From the IMG/VR virus record IMGVR_UViG_3300027418_000370: DNA of 64,000 bases. One strand, written 5' to 3'. Below are positions 10,321 through 20,289 of this stretch, piece after piece. A program made the translations under genes and the position numbers. Source of the stretch: a virus. The notes below the pieces were generated by a model. It ran no database searches. It saw nothing but the letters and a program-made list of their open reading frames with translations, and was not told the DNA's origin. The first letter of the stretch is position 1; every line of letters begins with the position of its first letter.

Positions 10321-11412
10321 ATGGCCAAAAGAAAAGGAGTTTCTGAGAGCGCTCAAGTAGCGATCAAGAAGAGTTTTAGCCTGGATAAGTTTAAGAAGAA
10401 TAAAGGGCTTGCTAACACGAGCATTAAGTTCAAGGAGCAACGCTGGATTCCACTATCCAAAGCCTTCCAGGAGATTACTTCTATCCCAGGTATTCCCGAA
10501 GGTCATATTACACTACTACGAGGTCATAGTGACACTGGTAAGACCACCGCTCTATTAGAGGCAGCAGTCTCTGCACAGAAGATGGGAATCTTGCCGGTGT
10601 TCATTATCACCGAGATGAAATGGTCTTGGGAACACGCCCGTGAGATGGGTCTAGACTTCCAAGAGGTTGTAGACGAGAGTACAGGTGAGATTGTAGACTA
10701 CGAAGGCTTCTTTATCTACACAGATAGAGGTCAGATGAATACCATCGAAGACGTAGCTGCATTTATCCTCGATCTTATCGACGATCAAAAGAAAGGCGAT
10801 CTACCTTATAACCTTTGTTTCTTCTGGGATTCTATCGGTTCAGTACCATGCGACCTATCAGTACGTTCTAATAAGAACAACAACGAATGGAATGCAGGTG
10901 CTATGTCTACACAGTTTGGTAATAACGTGAATCAGAAGATTCTTCTTTCTCGTAAGGAAGGTTCTCCGTACACCAACACGTTAGTATGTATCAACAAGGT
11001 ATGGACTATGAAGCCTGAATCACCAATGGGTATGGCTAAGTTGCAGAACAAAGGCGGTATGTCGATGTGGTATGATGCAACGTTAGTAGTAACGTTCGGT
11101 AATATTACTAACCCAGGTACCTCTAAGATCAAAGCGATCAAGAGCGGTCTGCAAGTAGAGTTTGCTAAACGTACTAATATTCAGATTGAGAAGAATCACA
11201 TCAACGGTATTCAGTCACGAGGTCGTATCGTCATGACTCCTCACGGATTCATCTTCGACGATAAAAAGGCAATTGACAAGTATAAGGATGAGCATAAGGA
11301 TCGCTGGTTAACCCTCTTAGGTACAGTAGACTTTGACCTTGTCGAAGAAGGAAGCATGGAAGAAGATATCCGAGACATCGGAGTAGACTTCGACCTTAAT
11401 ATGGATATGTAA
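10321..11412 (+). CDS. RecA/UvsX-like recombinase
   Basis: Walker A GHSDTGKT, Walker B FFWDSIGS, GG...YDATL RecA-type motif. Confidence 0.85.
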   Translation: MAKRKGVSESAQVAIKKSFSLDKFKKNKGLANTSIKFKEQRWIPLSKAFQEITSIPGIPEGHITLLRGHSDTGKTTALLEAAVSAQKMGILPVFIITEMKWSWEHAREMGLDFQEVVDESTGEIVDYEGFFIYTDRGQMNTIEDVAAFILDLIDDQKKGDLPYNLCFFWDSIGSVPCDLSVRSNKNNNEWNAGAMSTQFGNNVNQKILLSRKEGSPYTNTLVCINKVWTMKPESPMGMAKLQNKGGMSMWYDATLVVTFGNITNPGTSKIKAIKSGLQVEFAKRTNIQIEKNHINGIQSRGRIVMTPHGFIFDDKKAIDKYKDEHKDRWLTLLGTVDFDLVEEGSMEEDIRDIGVDFDLNMDM

Positions 11413-12434
11413 TGGGCAAATACGACGACTTACTAAATAAAGTACAGCCGTCGGCACCCCGCAAAGTTAACGATCACATTCTGGTTATAGATGCGCTGAA
11501 TACGTTCATTCGCAGCTTTACCATGATTAATATGATGAACCCTCAAGGGGCTCACGTAGGCGGCATGGTCGGATTTTTAAAGTCATTAGGTTTCTTAACC
11601 CGTACTTTTAATCCAACCAGAGTAGTGATCGTCTTTGACGGACCAGGGTCGTCGGCAGCAAGAAAGAATATCAATTCGGATTACAAAGCTAACCGAGATA
11701 TTACTAGAATCACCAACTGGGAGATCTTTGATAAGAAGGACGATGAGTACGCTTCTATGTCAGCACAGATTGAACGTCTGGTTGAATACCTTCAGATGCT
11801 ACCGGTAGATATGATCTCTATGCCTAAAGTAGAGGCTGATGATGTTATTGCATATATCGGTCAACAGTTTGGAGATAACAACAAAGTAACTATAGTATCA
11901 TCAGATAAGGACTTTCTTCAGATTGTCGATGAAAATGTAGAGGTATACTCTCCTATTAAGAAGAAAATATACGGACCTGCACAAGTAAAAGAAGAAGTAG
12001 GTGTTCTTGCAGAGAACTATTTAGTAATGAAGTCGCTTTTGGGAGATAATTCAGACAACCTCCCAGGTGTTAAGGGCCTCGGACCGAAAGGAATCTTCAA
12101 ACACTTCCCGGACTTGATAGACAAGCCTGGTACTGATTTGGAGTATGTTTTTGAGATCTGTGAAGCAGGTGTTGAGAAGACTAAGATCTTTCAGAAGATA
12201 CTTACAAACTACGACCGAGTGTGGCAGAACCATGATTTAATGAATTTAATGGAGCCAAGGTTGTCTGATACCCAAAAAGTTCTTATATTGGATTTAATGG
12301 ATAACTGCCCATCACAGTTAAATGTAATGGCGTTCCTCTTAATGCTCAAGCAAGATAACATCGAGCACGGCATTACAAAGAACACAGAAAGTTGGCTAGA
12401 AAATTTTAGATATTTACTTACAGTTAAAAAATAG
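11412..12434 (+). CDS. 5'-3' exonuclease / flap endonuclease (T4 RNase H-like)
   Basis: VIDALN, VFDG, YKANR, EADD, SSDKDFLQ, GDNSDNLPGVKGLG motifs. Confidence 0.9.
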   Translation: MGKYDDLLNKVQPSAPRKVNDHILVIDALNTFIRSFTMINMMNPQGAHVGGMVGFLKSLGFLTRTFNPTRVVIVFDGPGSSAARKNINSDYKANRDITRITNWEIFDKKDDEYASMSAQIERLVEYLQMLPVDMISMPKVEADDVIAYIGQQFGDNNKVTIVSSDKDFLQIVDENVEVYSPIKKKIYGPAQVKEEVGVLAENYLVMKSLLGDNSDNLPGVKGLGPKGIFKHFPDLIDKPGTDLEYVFEICEAGVEKTKIFQKILTNYDRVWQNHDLMNLMEPRLSDTQKVLILDLMDNCPSQLNVMAFLLMLKQDNIEHGITKNTESWLENFRYLLTVKK

Positions 12435-12439
12435 GTTAT

Positions 12440-13804
12440 ATGACGCTTACAAAGCTATCGCAGTACGGCAAGCCCTTCCAAGTTAAGGTACTAGGCTCTC
12501 TACTTACAGACAAGGCATTTCTACTTAACGTACGTGATACTATACAAGAAGATTACTTTGATGCTGATTCACATAAGTGGATCTTAAAGAACATCGTTCA
12601 ATACTTTGATAAGTACCATACCGTCATTACGATGGACGTACTTAAGATCGAGCTTGTAAAGATCGAGAACGAGGTACTAAAGACTGCAATTAAAGAAGAG
12701 CTTCGTAACTCTTATCAAGCTTCCCAGCAAGATCTAGAGTACGTACAGGAAGAGTTTACTACCTTCTGTAAGAACCAAAAGCTTAAACAAGCTTTGATGG
12801 ACTCTGCTGATCTGCTTAACGCCGGTGATTATGATTCTATTCGAGGTATGATCGAAGCAGCTCTAAAAGCCGGTATGGATAAGAATATCGGTCACGAGTA
12901 TCTCAAGGATATTGAAAGTCGTTACCGAGAGAACTACCGCCCTACTATTCCTACACCCTGGCCAGTACTTAATGAAGGCTTCCAGGGAGGCTTTGGACCT
13001 GGTGATCTAGGAATTGTATTCGGTAATCCTGGAGGTGGCAAATCTTGGATGATGGTAGCTATTGCAGCTCATGCGGTACAGCAAGGCTTTAACGTTATCT
13101 ACTATACTCTTGAATTAGGAGAGGATTATGTAGGAAAACGCTTTGACTGCTACTTTACAGGCTACTCTATCGACGAAGTTAATAAGCATCGTGCTAAGGT
13201 AGAAGATATTGTAACTAAGCTACCCGGTAAATTAATTGTAAAAGAGTATCCTCCTAAGGCAGCTACTGTAACGACTATTAAGTCTCATATTCAGAAGTGT
13301 GAAGATATGGAGTTTAAGGCTGATCTAGTTGTCATCGACTATGTTGATTACTTGCGAGGACCTTCAAGGAAATTCGCTGAGCGTAAGGACGAGATTGATG
13401 ATGTATTCGTAGCTGTGAAAGGATTGGCTAAGGAGCTGAAAATTCCTATCCTAACACCTTCTCAGGTTAACCGAATGGGTGCTAAAGATCAAGTCATTGA
13501 AGGAGATAAAGCAGCAGGCTCGTATGATAAGTTGATGGTAGCAGACGTAGCAATCTCTCTGTCACGTCAGAAAGAAGACAAGGTAAATGGTACTGGACGT
13601 ATTCACATCATGAAGAATCGATATGGAATGGACGGTATGACTTATAATGCTAAGGTAGATACCAATAACGGACACATCGAAGTCTCAAATGATATCATGC
13701 TCGAAGATATGTCACCAGTACAGCCTACTAATGTAGCTGGAGTTGATACGCATGATCGAGCACTTTTAGCAAAAAAATTCTTTGAATTACAGCAAGGAAG
13801 TTAA
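12440..13804 (+). CDS. Replicative DnaB/gp41-like helicase
   Basis: GNPGGGKS Walker A, YTLEL, VVIDYVDYL, SQVNR, KNRYG. Confidence 0.9.
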   Translation: MTLTKLSQYGKPFQVKVLGSLLTDKAFLLNVRDTIQEDYFDADSHKWILKNIVQYFDKYHTVITMDVLKIELVKIENEVLKTAIKEELRNSYQASQQDLEYVQEEFTTFCKNQKLKQALMDSADLLNAGDYDSIRGMIEAALKAGMDKNIGHEYLKDIESRYRENYRPTIPTPWPVLNEGFQGGFGPGDLGIVFGNPGGGKSWMMVAIAAHAVQQGFNVIYYTLELGEDYVGKRFDCYFTGYSIDEVNKHRAKVEDIVTKLPGKLIVKEYPPKAATVTTIKSHIQKCEDMEFKADLVVIDYVDYLRGPSRKFAERKDEIDDVFVAVKGLAKELKIPILTPSQVNRMGAKDQVIEGDKAAGSYDKLMVADVAISLSRQKEDKVNGTGRIHIMKNRYGMDGMTYNAKVDTNNGHIEVSNDIMLEDMSPVQPTNVAGVDTHDRALLAKKFFELQQGS

Positions 13805-13826
13805 CGCTGGCCGTATTTATAAAACA

Positions 13827-13860
13827 CGGCCCGAGAGTACAAAACTCAAGGGCTGTTTTT
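13827..13860 (+). terminator. Putative intrinsic terminator after the helicase
   Basis: cggccc-ga-gagt-acaaa-actc-aa-gggctg followed by ttttt. Confidence 0.5.
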
Positions 13861-13889
13861 GTCTAACATATTAAGGATTATATAAAGAT

Positions 13890-14873
13890 ATGAGTATATT
13901 ACAAGAAAGAGTGGTTTACAAGCCATTTGAGTACCCTAAAGCTCACGAGTATTGGTTAAAGCAGCAGCAAGCACACTGGTTACATACCGAAGTGCCGATG
14001 GCAAATGACATCACGGACTGGAAATCAAACTTAAAAGATCACGAAAAGAACGTTATAGGGGGTATCTTAAAAGGCTTCGCTCAGACAGAAACAGTAGTAA
14101 ATGATTACTGGACTGGTCTTGTAACAAAATGGTTCCGTAAGCCAGAAATTATTATGATGGCCACTACGTTTGGTGCCTTTGAAACTATTCACGCCGAAGC
14201 TTATTCTTTATTGAATGAGCAATTAGGTCTGGATAACTTCGCAGAGTTCTTAGAAGATGAAGCTACTCACGCTAAGATTGAATCTCTTATGAATGTAAGA
14301 GACGGTCACAACGGAGAACTCGATTACCAAGAAGTTGCTCGTAGCCTTGCGATCTTCTCTGCCTTTACAGAAGGTGTTAACCTATTCAGTTCCTTTGCTG
14401 TACTCCTTTCATTTAAAATGAGAAACAAGTTAAAGGGCGTAGGTCAGATCGTAGAATGGTCCGTTAGAGATGAATCTCTTCACTCTGAGGCAGGCTGCTG
14501 GTTATTCAAACAGTTAATGAAAGAACATCCAGAACTTAAGACAGATAAGCTTGTTGCTGATATTGAAGAGGCAGCTAGAATGGCTTTGAAGTTAGAGTTC
14601 GATTTCATCGATAAAATCTTTGAGATGGGTGATCTAGAGAACTTAGGTAAGGAAGAGCTTAAGAATTTTATTAAGCACCGTGTAAATACTAAGATGGGTG
14701 ACCTAGGTCTTAAGCCTTTGATCCCTTCCTCAGAGATTGACAAGGGCGCAATCAAGACTATGAAGTGGTTTGATATGGTAATTGCAGGTAAGCAGCATAC
14801 TGACTTCTTCGCAAACAGAGTAACTAACTATAGTAAAGGTCATATGGAGTGGGATTCCGCTTCAATCTTCTAA
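13890..14873 (+). CDS. nrdB: Class I ribonucleotide reductase beta subunit
   Basis: ETIHAEAY, TEGVNLFSSF, RDESLH di-metal ligands; DFFANRVTNY. Confidence 0.95.
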   Translation: MSILQERVVYKPFEYPKAHEYWLKQQQAHWLHTEVPMANDITDWKSNLKDHEKNVIGGILKGFAQTETVVNDYWTGLVTKWFRKPEIIMMATTFGAFETIHAEAYSLLNEQLGLDNFAEFLEDEATHAKIESLMNVRDGHNGELDYQEVARSLAIFSAFTEGVNLFSSFAVLLSFKMRNKLKGVGQIVEWSVRDESLHSEAGCWLFKQLMKEHPELKTDKLVADIEEAARMALKLEFDFIDKIFEMGDLENLGKEELKNFIKHRVNTKMGDLGLKPLIPSSEIDKGAIKTMKWFDMVIAGKQHTDFFANRVTNYSKGHMEWDSASIF

Positions 14874-14884
14874 AATAAACTAAA

Positions 14885-16600
14885 ATGAATAACAGTATCT
14901 ATGTAGATACCTCCTTATGGGAGGCAGGAAAGGATTTTCCTGAATGGATGAACGAGTTATCCTTAGCAACTATCTCAAAAGGTTATTTGCTTCCAGGAGA
15001 AACTCCTAAGAAAGCTTACCAGCGAGTGTCCACTGCTGTTGCTAACAGGTTAAAGCGCCCTGAATTAGCTGCTAAATTTTATAAGTACATGTGGAAAGGC
15101 TGGTTAAACTTAGCTTCTCCTGTACTATCTAACACAGGTACTGATAGAGGTTTACCTATCTCATGCTTTGGCATCGATACACCTGATAGCATTAGAGGAA
15201 TAGGTCTAACAAATGCAGAGCTGATGAGACTCTCTTCATTAGGTGGTGGTGTAGGTATTAGCTTATCCCGTGTTAGAGAAAGAGGAACAGCTATCACCGG
15301 TAACGGTAACTCAGAAGGTGTAGTGCCATGGGCTAAGATTTACGATTCAACTATTATTGCAACCAACCAGGGTGCTGTACGTAGAGGAGCAGCCTCTGTT
15401 AACTTAGATATCAATCATGGAGACATCAAAGAATTCCTCCAAATCAGACGTCCAAAAGGAGACCCAAATAGACAGTGTCTCAACCTACACCAATGCGTTG
15501 TGGTGGATGATGAGTTCATGCGCAAGCTTGAACGACGAGATCAAGAAGCGGTCGAACTCTGGGTTGAAATCCTCAAATCAAGAGTAGAGACTGGAGAGCC
15601 TTATCTTATGTTTAAGGACAACGTTAACAACGATAATCCTCAGGCATACGTTAAGAACAACCTAGACGTTAGTATGACTAACATCTGTACTGAGATTACT
15701 CTACATACAGACGAAGAGCATTCATTTATCTGCTGCTTAAGTTCAGTAAACTTAGCTAAGTATGATGAATGGAAAGACTCAGACTTGATTGAAACTGCTG
15801 TTTACTTCCTAGACGGAGTAATGGAAGAGTTTTTATATAAGACCGACGGTAAGGATTCACTTGCCCGCTCACATCGTTCAGCTAAAAAAGGTCGTGCAAT
15901 CGGACTAGGAGTTCTAGGATGGCATACTTTCTTACAGCAAAAAGGATTGCCATTCGTATCTGTTGCTTCTACGGCATGGACAAACCGAATCTTCTCACAG
16001 ATCAGAACACAAGCCGAAGCTGCTTCAAGAAAATTAGCTGAAGAATATGGAGAACCAGAATGGTGTAAAGGCACGGGAATGCGCAACACGCATTTGCTCG
16101 CGATTGCTCCGACTGTTAGCAATAGTTCTATTTCCGGAGGTGTATCTGCTGGTATCGAGCCGTTACCTGCTAACATCTATACGTTCAATAGCGGTAAGGG
16201 TACGTTCATTCGTAAGAACCCGGTGCTCGAACAATACTTAGAAGACAAAGGTCACAATACTGATGAGGTATGGGACATCATTATGAAGGATAGAGGTTCA
16301 GTTATCAACGTACCTGAAGCTGTTATGCCCGCAGCTGACAAAGAGATCTTCTACACCTTTACCGAGATCAATCAGCTAGCATTAGTAGAGCAGGCTGCCG
16401 TACGTCAGAAATATATCGACCAGACTCAGTCATTAAACTTAGCTTTTGATCCTACAGACAGTCCTAAGTTCATCAACTTAGTTCATCAGACAGCTTGGAA
16501 GTTAGGTATCAAGACCCTTTACTACCTACGTACCGACTCAGTAATTAACGGCGATATTGGCTCTAGAACTAACGAGGATTGCTTAAGCTGTGATGGGTAA
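14885..16600 (+). CDS. nrdA: Class I ribonucleotide reductase alpha subunit (no ATP cone)
   Basis: PISCF, TNICTEI (NxCxE), ICCLSS, AIAPT, KTLYY, C-terminal CLSC. Confidence 0.95.
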   Translation: MNNSIYVDTSLWEAGKDFPEWMNELSLATISKGYLLPGETPKKAYQRVSTAVANRLKRPELAAKFYKYMWKGWLNLASPVLSNTGTDRGLPISCFGIDTPDSIRGIGLTNAELMRLSSLGGGVGISLSRVRERGTAITGNGNSEGVVPWAKIYDSTIIATNQGAVRRGAASVNLDINHGDIKEFLQIRRPKGDPNRQCLNLHQCVVVDDEFMRKLERRDQEAVELWVEILKSRVETGEPYLMFKDNVNNDNPQAYVKNNLDVSMTNICTEITLHTDEEHSFICCLSSVNLAKYDEWKDSDLIETAVYFLDGVMEEFLYKTDGKDSLARSHRSAKKGRAIGLGVLGWHTFLQQKGLPFVSVASTAWTNRIFSQIRTQAEAASRKLAEEYGEPEWCKGTGMRNTHLLAIAPTVSNSSISGGVSAGIEPLPANIYTFNSGKGTFIRKNPVLEQYLEDKGHNTDEVWDIIMKDRGSVINVPEAVMPAADKEIFYTFTEINQLALVEQAAVRQKYIDQTQSLNLAFDPTDSPKFINLVHQTAWKLGIKTLYYLRTDSVINGDIGSRTNEDCLSCDG

Positions 16601-16622
16601 TATTTATAATAAATCTTTGAAT

Positions 16623-16934
16623 ATGAAATTATCTGATATTATCCTAGAAGGAACCTACGACGTTGAAGGAATTACAGCTGACAACGTAGAAAAAGTAGAT
16701 ATTACTTTTGTAGACGGCAAGACCATGTTATACGGAGTATACGTCTACCTAAAAGACGGAAGCGGTACAAACTGGGATAAGAAACTTCATAGTAAAGAAG
16801 CTCAAAGGATGCTAGACATCTTAGGAATTGACATTGACTTTCAGTCAGATCCTTATGAAGCTCACGGTGCAGTAATTAAAGCACTAAAAGAAAAAGGAAT
16901 TAAAGCAGATACATCAGAGTTCGATGTAAGTTAA
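16623..16934 (+). CDS. Hypothetical acidic protein, possibly an internal virion protein
   Basis: Likely start MKLSDIILEG, preceded by TATTTATA at 16601. Confidence 0.45.
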   Translation: MKLSDIILEGTYDVEGITADNVEKVDITFVDGKTMLYGVYVYLKDGSGTNWDKKLHSKEAQRMLDILGIDIDFQSDPYEAHGAVIKALKEKGIKADTSEFDVS

Positions 16935-16963
16935 AAAAGAAAGGGCCTAACGGCCCTTTTTTT
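16933..16963. terminator. Bidirectional intrinsic terminator
   Basis: A-tract, aaagggcc-taac-ggcccttt hairpin, T-tract, between convergent genes. Confidence 0.8.
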
Positions 16964-17183
16964 ATTTGTTTAAGTCTCGATTGTTTCGAGTCTTTTCTAA
17001 CATTAACGCATACTCCATTGGAGTCAGTGTGGTTCGAGTTACGATTACTACCTTATCTTCGTAGATAAGAGCCTGTCTTTCTCGATTTAGCTCTTTAGAG
17101 ATGTGCTCTGTAGCTAAAGCCTGAGGGGCTGAACATGATGCCATCAAGATCAACCCTGAAATGAATAAGAGTGCTTTTTTCAT
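16962..17183 (-). CDS. Small lipoprotein
   Basis: Signal peptide with lipobox LMAS-C; has its own minus-strand promoter and terminator. Confidence 0.65.
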   Translation of the reverse strand: MKKALLFISGLILMASCSAPQALATEHISKELNRERQALIYEDKVVIVTRTTLTPMEYALMLEKTRNNRDLNK

Positions 17184-17285
17184 GGGTCTTAATATTATAT
17201 TAATACATAGTTAAACTTCTCTTAATATACGAAAAAGTTGTTTAAATGCAAACTAGTTCTTATATTTATAGAAACGAAAGAGGTT

Positions 17286-17480
17286 ATGAAAAGAAAAGAG
17301 TTATTAGAACACAAACGAGCCGAACTGCTCAACGAACTATTTGATGTCGTTGACCAACTGCACTCTTCTATCTTTGAGACAGTAGAGCAGATGACCGGAC
17401 TGGCCGAGCGCCAGGTATCTTTAGAGAGAAACCTCTCGAAGATTAACGAAAGTATTGCTAGACTTAATTCTGAAAAATAA
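17286..17480 (+). CDS. Small coiled-coil hypothetical protein
   Basis: ATG at 17286, downstream of the promoter at 17237-17266. Confidence 0.5.
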   Translation: MKRKELLEHKRAELLNELFDVVDQLHSSIFETVEQMTGLAERQVSLERNLSKINESIARLNSEK

Positions 17481-17481
17481 T

Positions 17482-18048
17482 ATGCTTTATACTTACGACA
17501 AAAAGAACTTGCAGTTTAAGAAGTTAGATCGCAAGAAAGCTCTAATGCTTATAGGAGGAATCTTTGCGATACTAGCCTTTAGTACAAGCATTACCCCGGG
17601 TATACGTACATCCAAAGAAACTATCACAATAGTTGAACACGATACTGTATATACTCAGAAATTCTCAGAAGAGAACTTAATTCGTTATATGAAGGAACTA
17701 AACATTAAGTATCCTCATATTGTATTAGCTCAAGCACGAATTGAATCAGGAACGTATACTTCGAACATTTTCAAAGAGAATAACAACCTCTTTGGTATGA
17801 AGAAAGCTTATCAACGAGCTACTACAGCCATAGGACGTAATCGAGGTCATGCTCAATACGATCATTGGACTCATTCGGTAATCGATTATGCTTTGTGGCA
17901 GAATAAGTACCTAAGTAGAGCTAGAAACGAAACTGAATACTACCAGTACCTAGGTAAGCACTATGCAGAAGCAGGTCATTACATTGCTTCTTTAAAAGCA
18001 AAGATAAAGAAAGAAGGTTTGGAAGATTTAGTAGAATATACTCATTAA
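17482..18048 (+). CDS. Membrane-anchored glucosaminidase-domain (GH73-like) peptidoglycan hydrolase
   Basis: N-terminal TM segment; IVLAQARIESG, NNNLFGM and YAE motifs. Confidence 0.8.
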   Translation: MLYTYDKKNLQFKKLDRKKALMLIGGIFAILAFSTSITPGIRTSKETITIVEHDTVYTQKFSEENLIRYMKELNIKYPHIVLAQARIESGTYTSNIFKENNNLFGMKKAYQRATTAIGRNRGHAQYDHWTHSVIDYALWQNKYLSRARNETEYYQYLGKHYAEAGHYIASLKAKIKKEGLEDLVEYTH

Positions 18049-18269
18049 TGAGATTCAGATCAGGTAAATATAAGGATTACACATACCAAGAGGTATGGGA
18101 GATTGATCCGGGTTATATGTATTGGGTGCAGGAGAACAGACCTGAGATGTTTCGCACTCCTAAACCTAAAGCAGTACCTCAAAAAGCTCCTCAAATGTCT
18201 GAGGAAGATCTAGAGAGCTACAACTACAATAAAAATATTCGTCCGGCAACTTTAGATGAAGCATTTTAA
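18048..18269 (+). CDS. Hypothetical protein
   Basis: FRSGKYKD...DPGYMYW small-domain motif. Confidence 0.5.
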   Translation: MRFRSGKYKDYTYQEVWEIDPGYMYWVQENRPEMFRTPKPKAVPQKAPQMSEEDLESYNYNKNIRPATLDEAF

Positions 18270-18324
18270 AGTTGTAGATCTGAAAGATAGTTCTTATATT
18301 TAGGTATAAAGTGATTAAGGTTAT

Positions 18325-18777
18325 ATGAAGTACACAAACAGATACGGAGACGTTTATACATTTACCAAACAGGAAGATGGTAATGTATTGTGGGAAGGTA
18401 GTTTTAAATGGTGCCGATATGGTTGGCCTAACGTCTATAAAGACGCTTATCAGCAATACCGCAAGGACGGAGGTGATATGCATATTCAGGACTTTGAGAA
18501 GGAAGTACACAGGTATGACGATGTCACATTTGAGTATTCTGAAATCTCTAAGAAGTACCAATCACTAGTATATTCAGATACAAAAAACATCAGTATGGTT
18601 GATCCATCTGGCGGTCCTTATTTGACCAGAGGTATTGATCTTGGAGAGTATTTAGGTAAAGAATTTGAAAACAGAATTGTAAGTTCATTTGAACCCGTAA
18701 AAACTGGTTATTTGATTAAGACTTATGGTAAGTTTGATCATTTACAAGACAGAGATATTATAGGAGGTATTATATGA
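18325..18777 (+). CDS. Hypothetical protein
   Basis: ORF after the promoter at 18271-18300. Confidence 0.55.
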   Translation: MKYTNRYGDVYTFTKQEDGNVLWEGSFKWCRYGWPNVYKDAYQQYRKDGGDMHIQDFEKEVHRYDDVTFEYSEISKKYQSLVYSDTKNISMVDPSGGPYLTRGIDLGEYLGKEFENRIVSSFEPVKTGYLIKTYGKFDHLQDRDIIGGII

Positions 18778-19292
18778 GGACTAAATTTAAAATAAAAGAA
18801 AATAAAACATTTAGCCAAAAAGCTAAATCGTTCGGTCAATCTATGTTATTCTGGAAAGGTCGTAAGAAAGGTATGATTCATACTCGTGACTTAGAATGGG
18901 ATGATTTACGTTACATTTTCTTTCCTAAAGGATATGAAAAATATGGCTACTTAGGTATGATACCTTACGATAAAGATAGTGATATTGGTAAAGCAATGTT
19001 CCCTCTAATACTAGCAATGGATTATGAAGCGAAACCGAAATGGTGTCCAAGATGGTTTCTACGTTTTTTAGAAGTGTTTGGAAATGATAAAAGTATTGTG
19101 AGGGTTCGTAATCGTAAATTATCAAACCTACATCGTAAACTAACTAAAGGTATACTGATGTGGGATTATAAAACTAAATGGTATCACTATGATTTAAGAA
19201 TCTCAATATCAGCACCAAAACATTTACAAAATCTTGCGTCGGACATTGAGCACGGATTTTACAGACGAGGACAAAAACAAGAAGAGGAATGA
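18774..19292 (+). CDS. Hypothetical basic protein
   Basis: ATGA overlap with the upstream ORF. Confidence 0.55.
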   Translation: MRTKFKIKENKTFSQKAKSFGQSMLFWKGRKKGMIHTRDLEWDDLRYIFFPKGYEKYGYLGMIPYDKDSDIGKAMFPLILAMDYEAKPKWCPRWFLRFLEVFGNDKSIVRVRNRKLSNLHRKLTKGILMWDYKTKWYHYDLRISISAPKHLQNLASDIEHGFYRRGQKQEEE

Positions 19293-19471
19293 ATAAAGCA
19301 GAAATAGTTCAAAGATTATTGGAGAATAATCATATTACAGCAGAAGAAGCAGTAATACTCCTTGTAGAAAACCAAGTAACACAAGTAACGCTACCACCTT
19401 ATTCTCCAAATAGTACCAAGAATCCATACGAACCACCATTTGAAATAACTTGTAACACCAAAGAGAAATGA
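19289..19471 (+). CDS. Hypothetical protein
   Basis: Translationally coupled small ORF. Confidence 0.5.
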   Translation: MNKAEIVQRLLENNHITAEEAVILLVENQVTQVTLPPYSPNSTKNPYEPPFEITCNTKEK

Positions 19472-19815
19472 GCAAGTTAAAACAAACCAAAATCCCAATG
19501 ACATTAGAAGATAATGTCTTGAAGGTTGCTCTTGAACAAAATGTAATTGAAAACGAATTCAATTGGAAACTGGTTCGTGAACGAGACGGACTAACCAATG
19601 AATCTAAGGAAGTAATGTGGGTTGAATGGAATGAAGAAGGTAAGTTTAAATCCAAACACGATGAACCAGCAGTAGAACGTTCATTGATTATGTCTCCATT
19701 CAATCAGTTTTTTACTTGGCAAACAACTCCTATTACAGAGGTGTTGGAAAAACGAGAAAATTTTCTTAAATTTAAGACTAAGAACTCAGTATACGAATTA
19801 TGGAAGCTATCTTAA
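19468..19815 (+). CDS. Hypothetical protein
   Basis: Coupled ORF with WQTTPITEV...FKTKNSVYEL. Confidence 0.55.
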   Translation: MSKLKQTKIPMTLEDNVLKVALEQNVIENEFNWKLVRERDGLTNESKEVMWVEWNEEGKFKSKHDEPAVERSLIMSPFNQFFTWQTTPITEVLEKRENFLKFKTKNSVYELWKLS

Positions 19816-20036
19816 AATTTAATCTGCCTGAAGACAATCAAGAGTTTGAACTTGCAACTAAAGCTCAAGATTGGTGGAATGTTTGTTGGGATATGGATCA
19901 ATGGCTAAGAGCTCAGTATAAGTATATGCCTGATGAAGGATTTAGCAAAGATAAGTACGATGCTTATGTTCAAGCTAGAGAAAAGTTATTTGAGTTTATG
20001 AGTGAGCATGGTGTAAGTTTAGATGATGTATCGTAG
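19800..20036 (+). CDS. Hypothetical protein
   Basis: MEAILKFNLPED-type small phage ORF. Confidence 0.55.
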   Translation: MEAILKFNLPEDNQEFELATKAQDWWNVCWDMDQWLRAQYKYMPDEGFSKDKYDAYVQAREKLFEFMSEHGVSLDDVS

Positions 20037-20289
20037 TGTTATGACAGAAGAAATTTTTAAAGAGCTAGGCTTTCAGCGTAACGAAGTCACTCCAGAAGAA
20101 TCAGGTTACGAATACACCTTTTACTACTACACCGCTGATATCGGGGATATCTGTATAATGTCTAACTCAGATGATGAAGCGGCAAAGAACGGCTGGGAAG
20201 CTATGATCTTTGACTCTAGAACCCTAAGTATCAAAGGAGAAGGAGATCTAAAAGATTTAGTTCGAATTCTAAAAAATAATACGTTATGA
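20023..20289 (+). CDS. Hypothetical protein
   Basis: Small acidic ORF in the same run. Confidence 0.5.
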   Translation: MMYRSVMTEEIFKELGFQRNEVTPEESGYEYTFYYYTADIGDICIMSNSDDEAAKNGWEAMIFDSRTLSIKGEGDLKDLVRILKNNTL

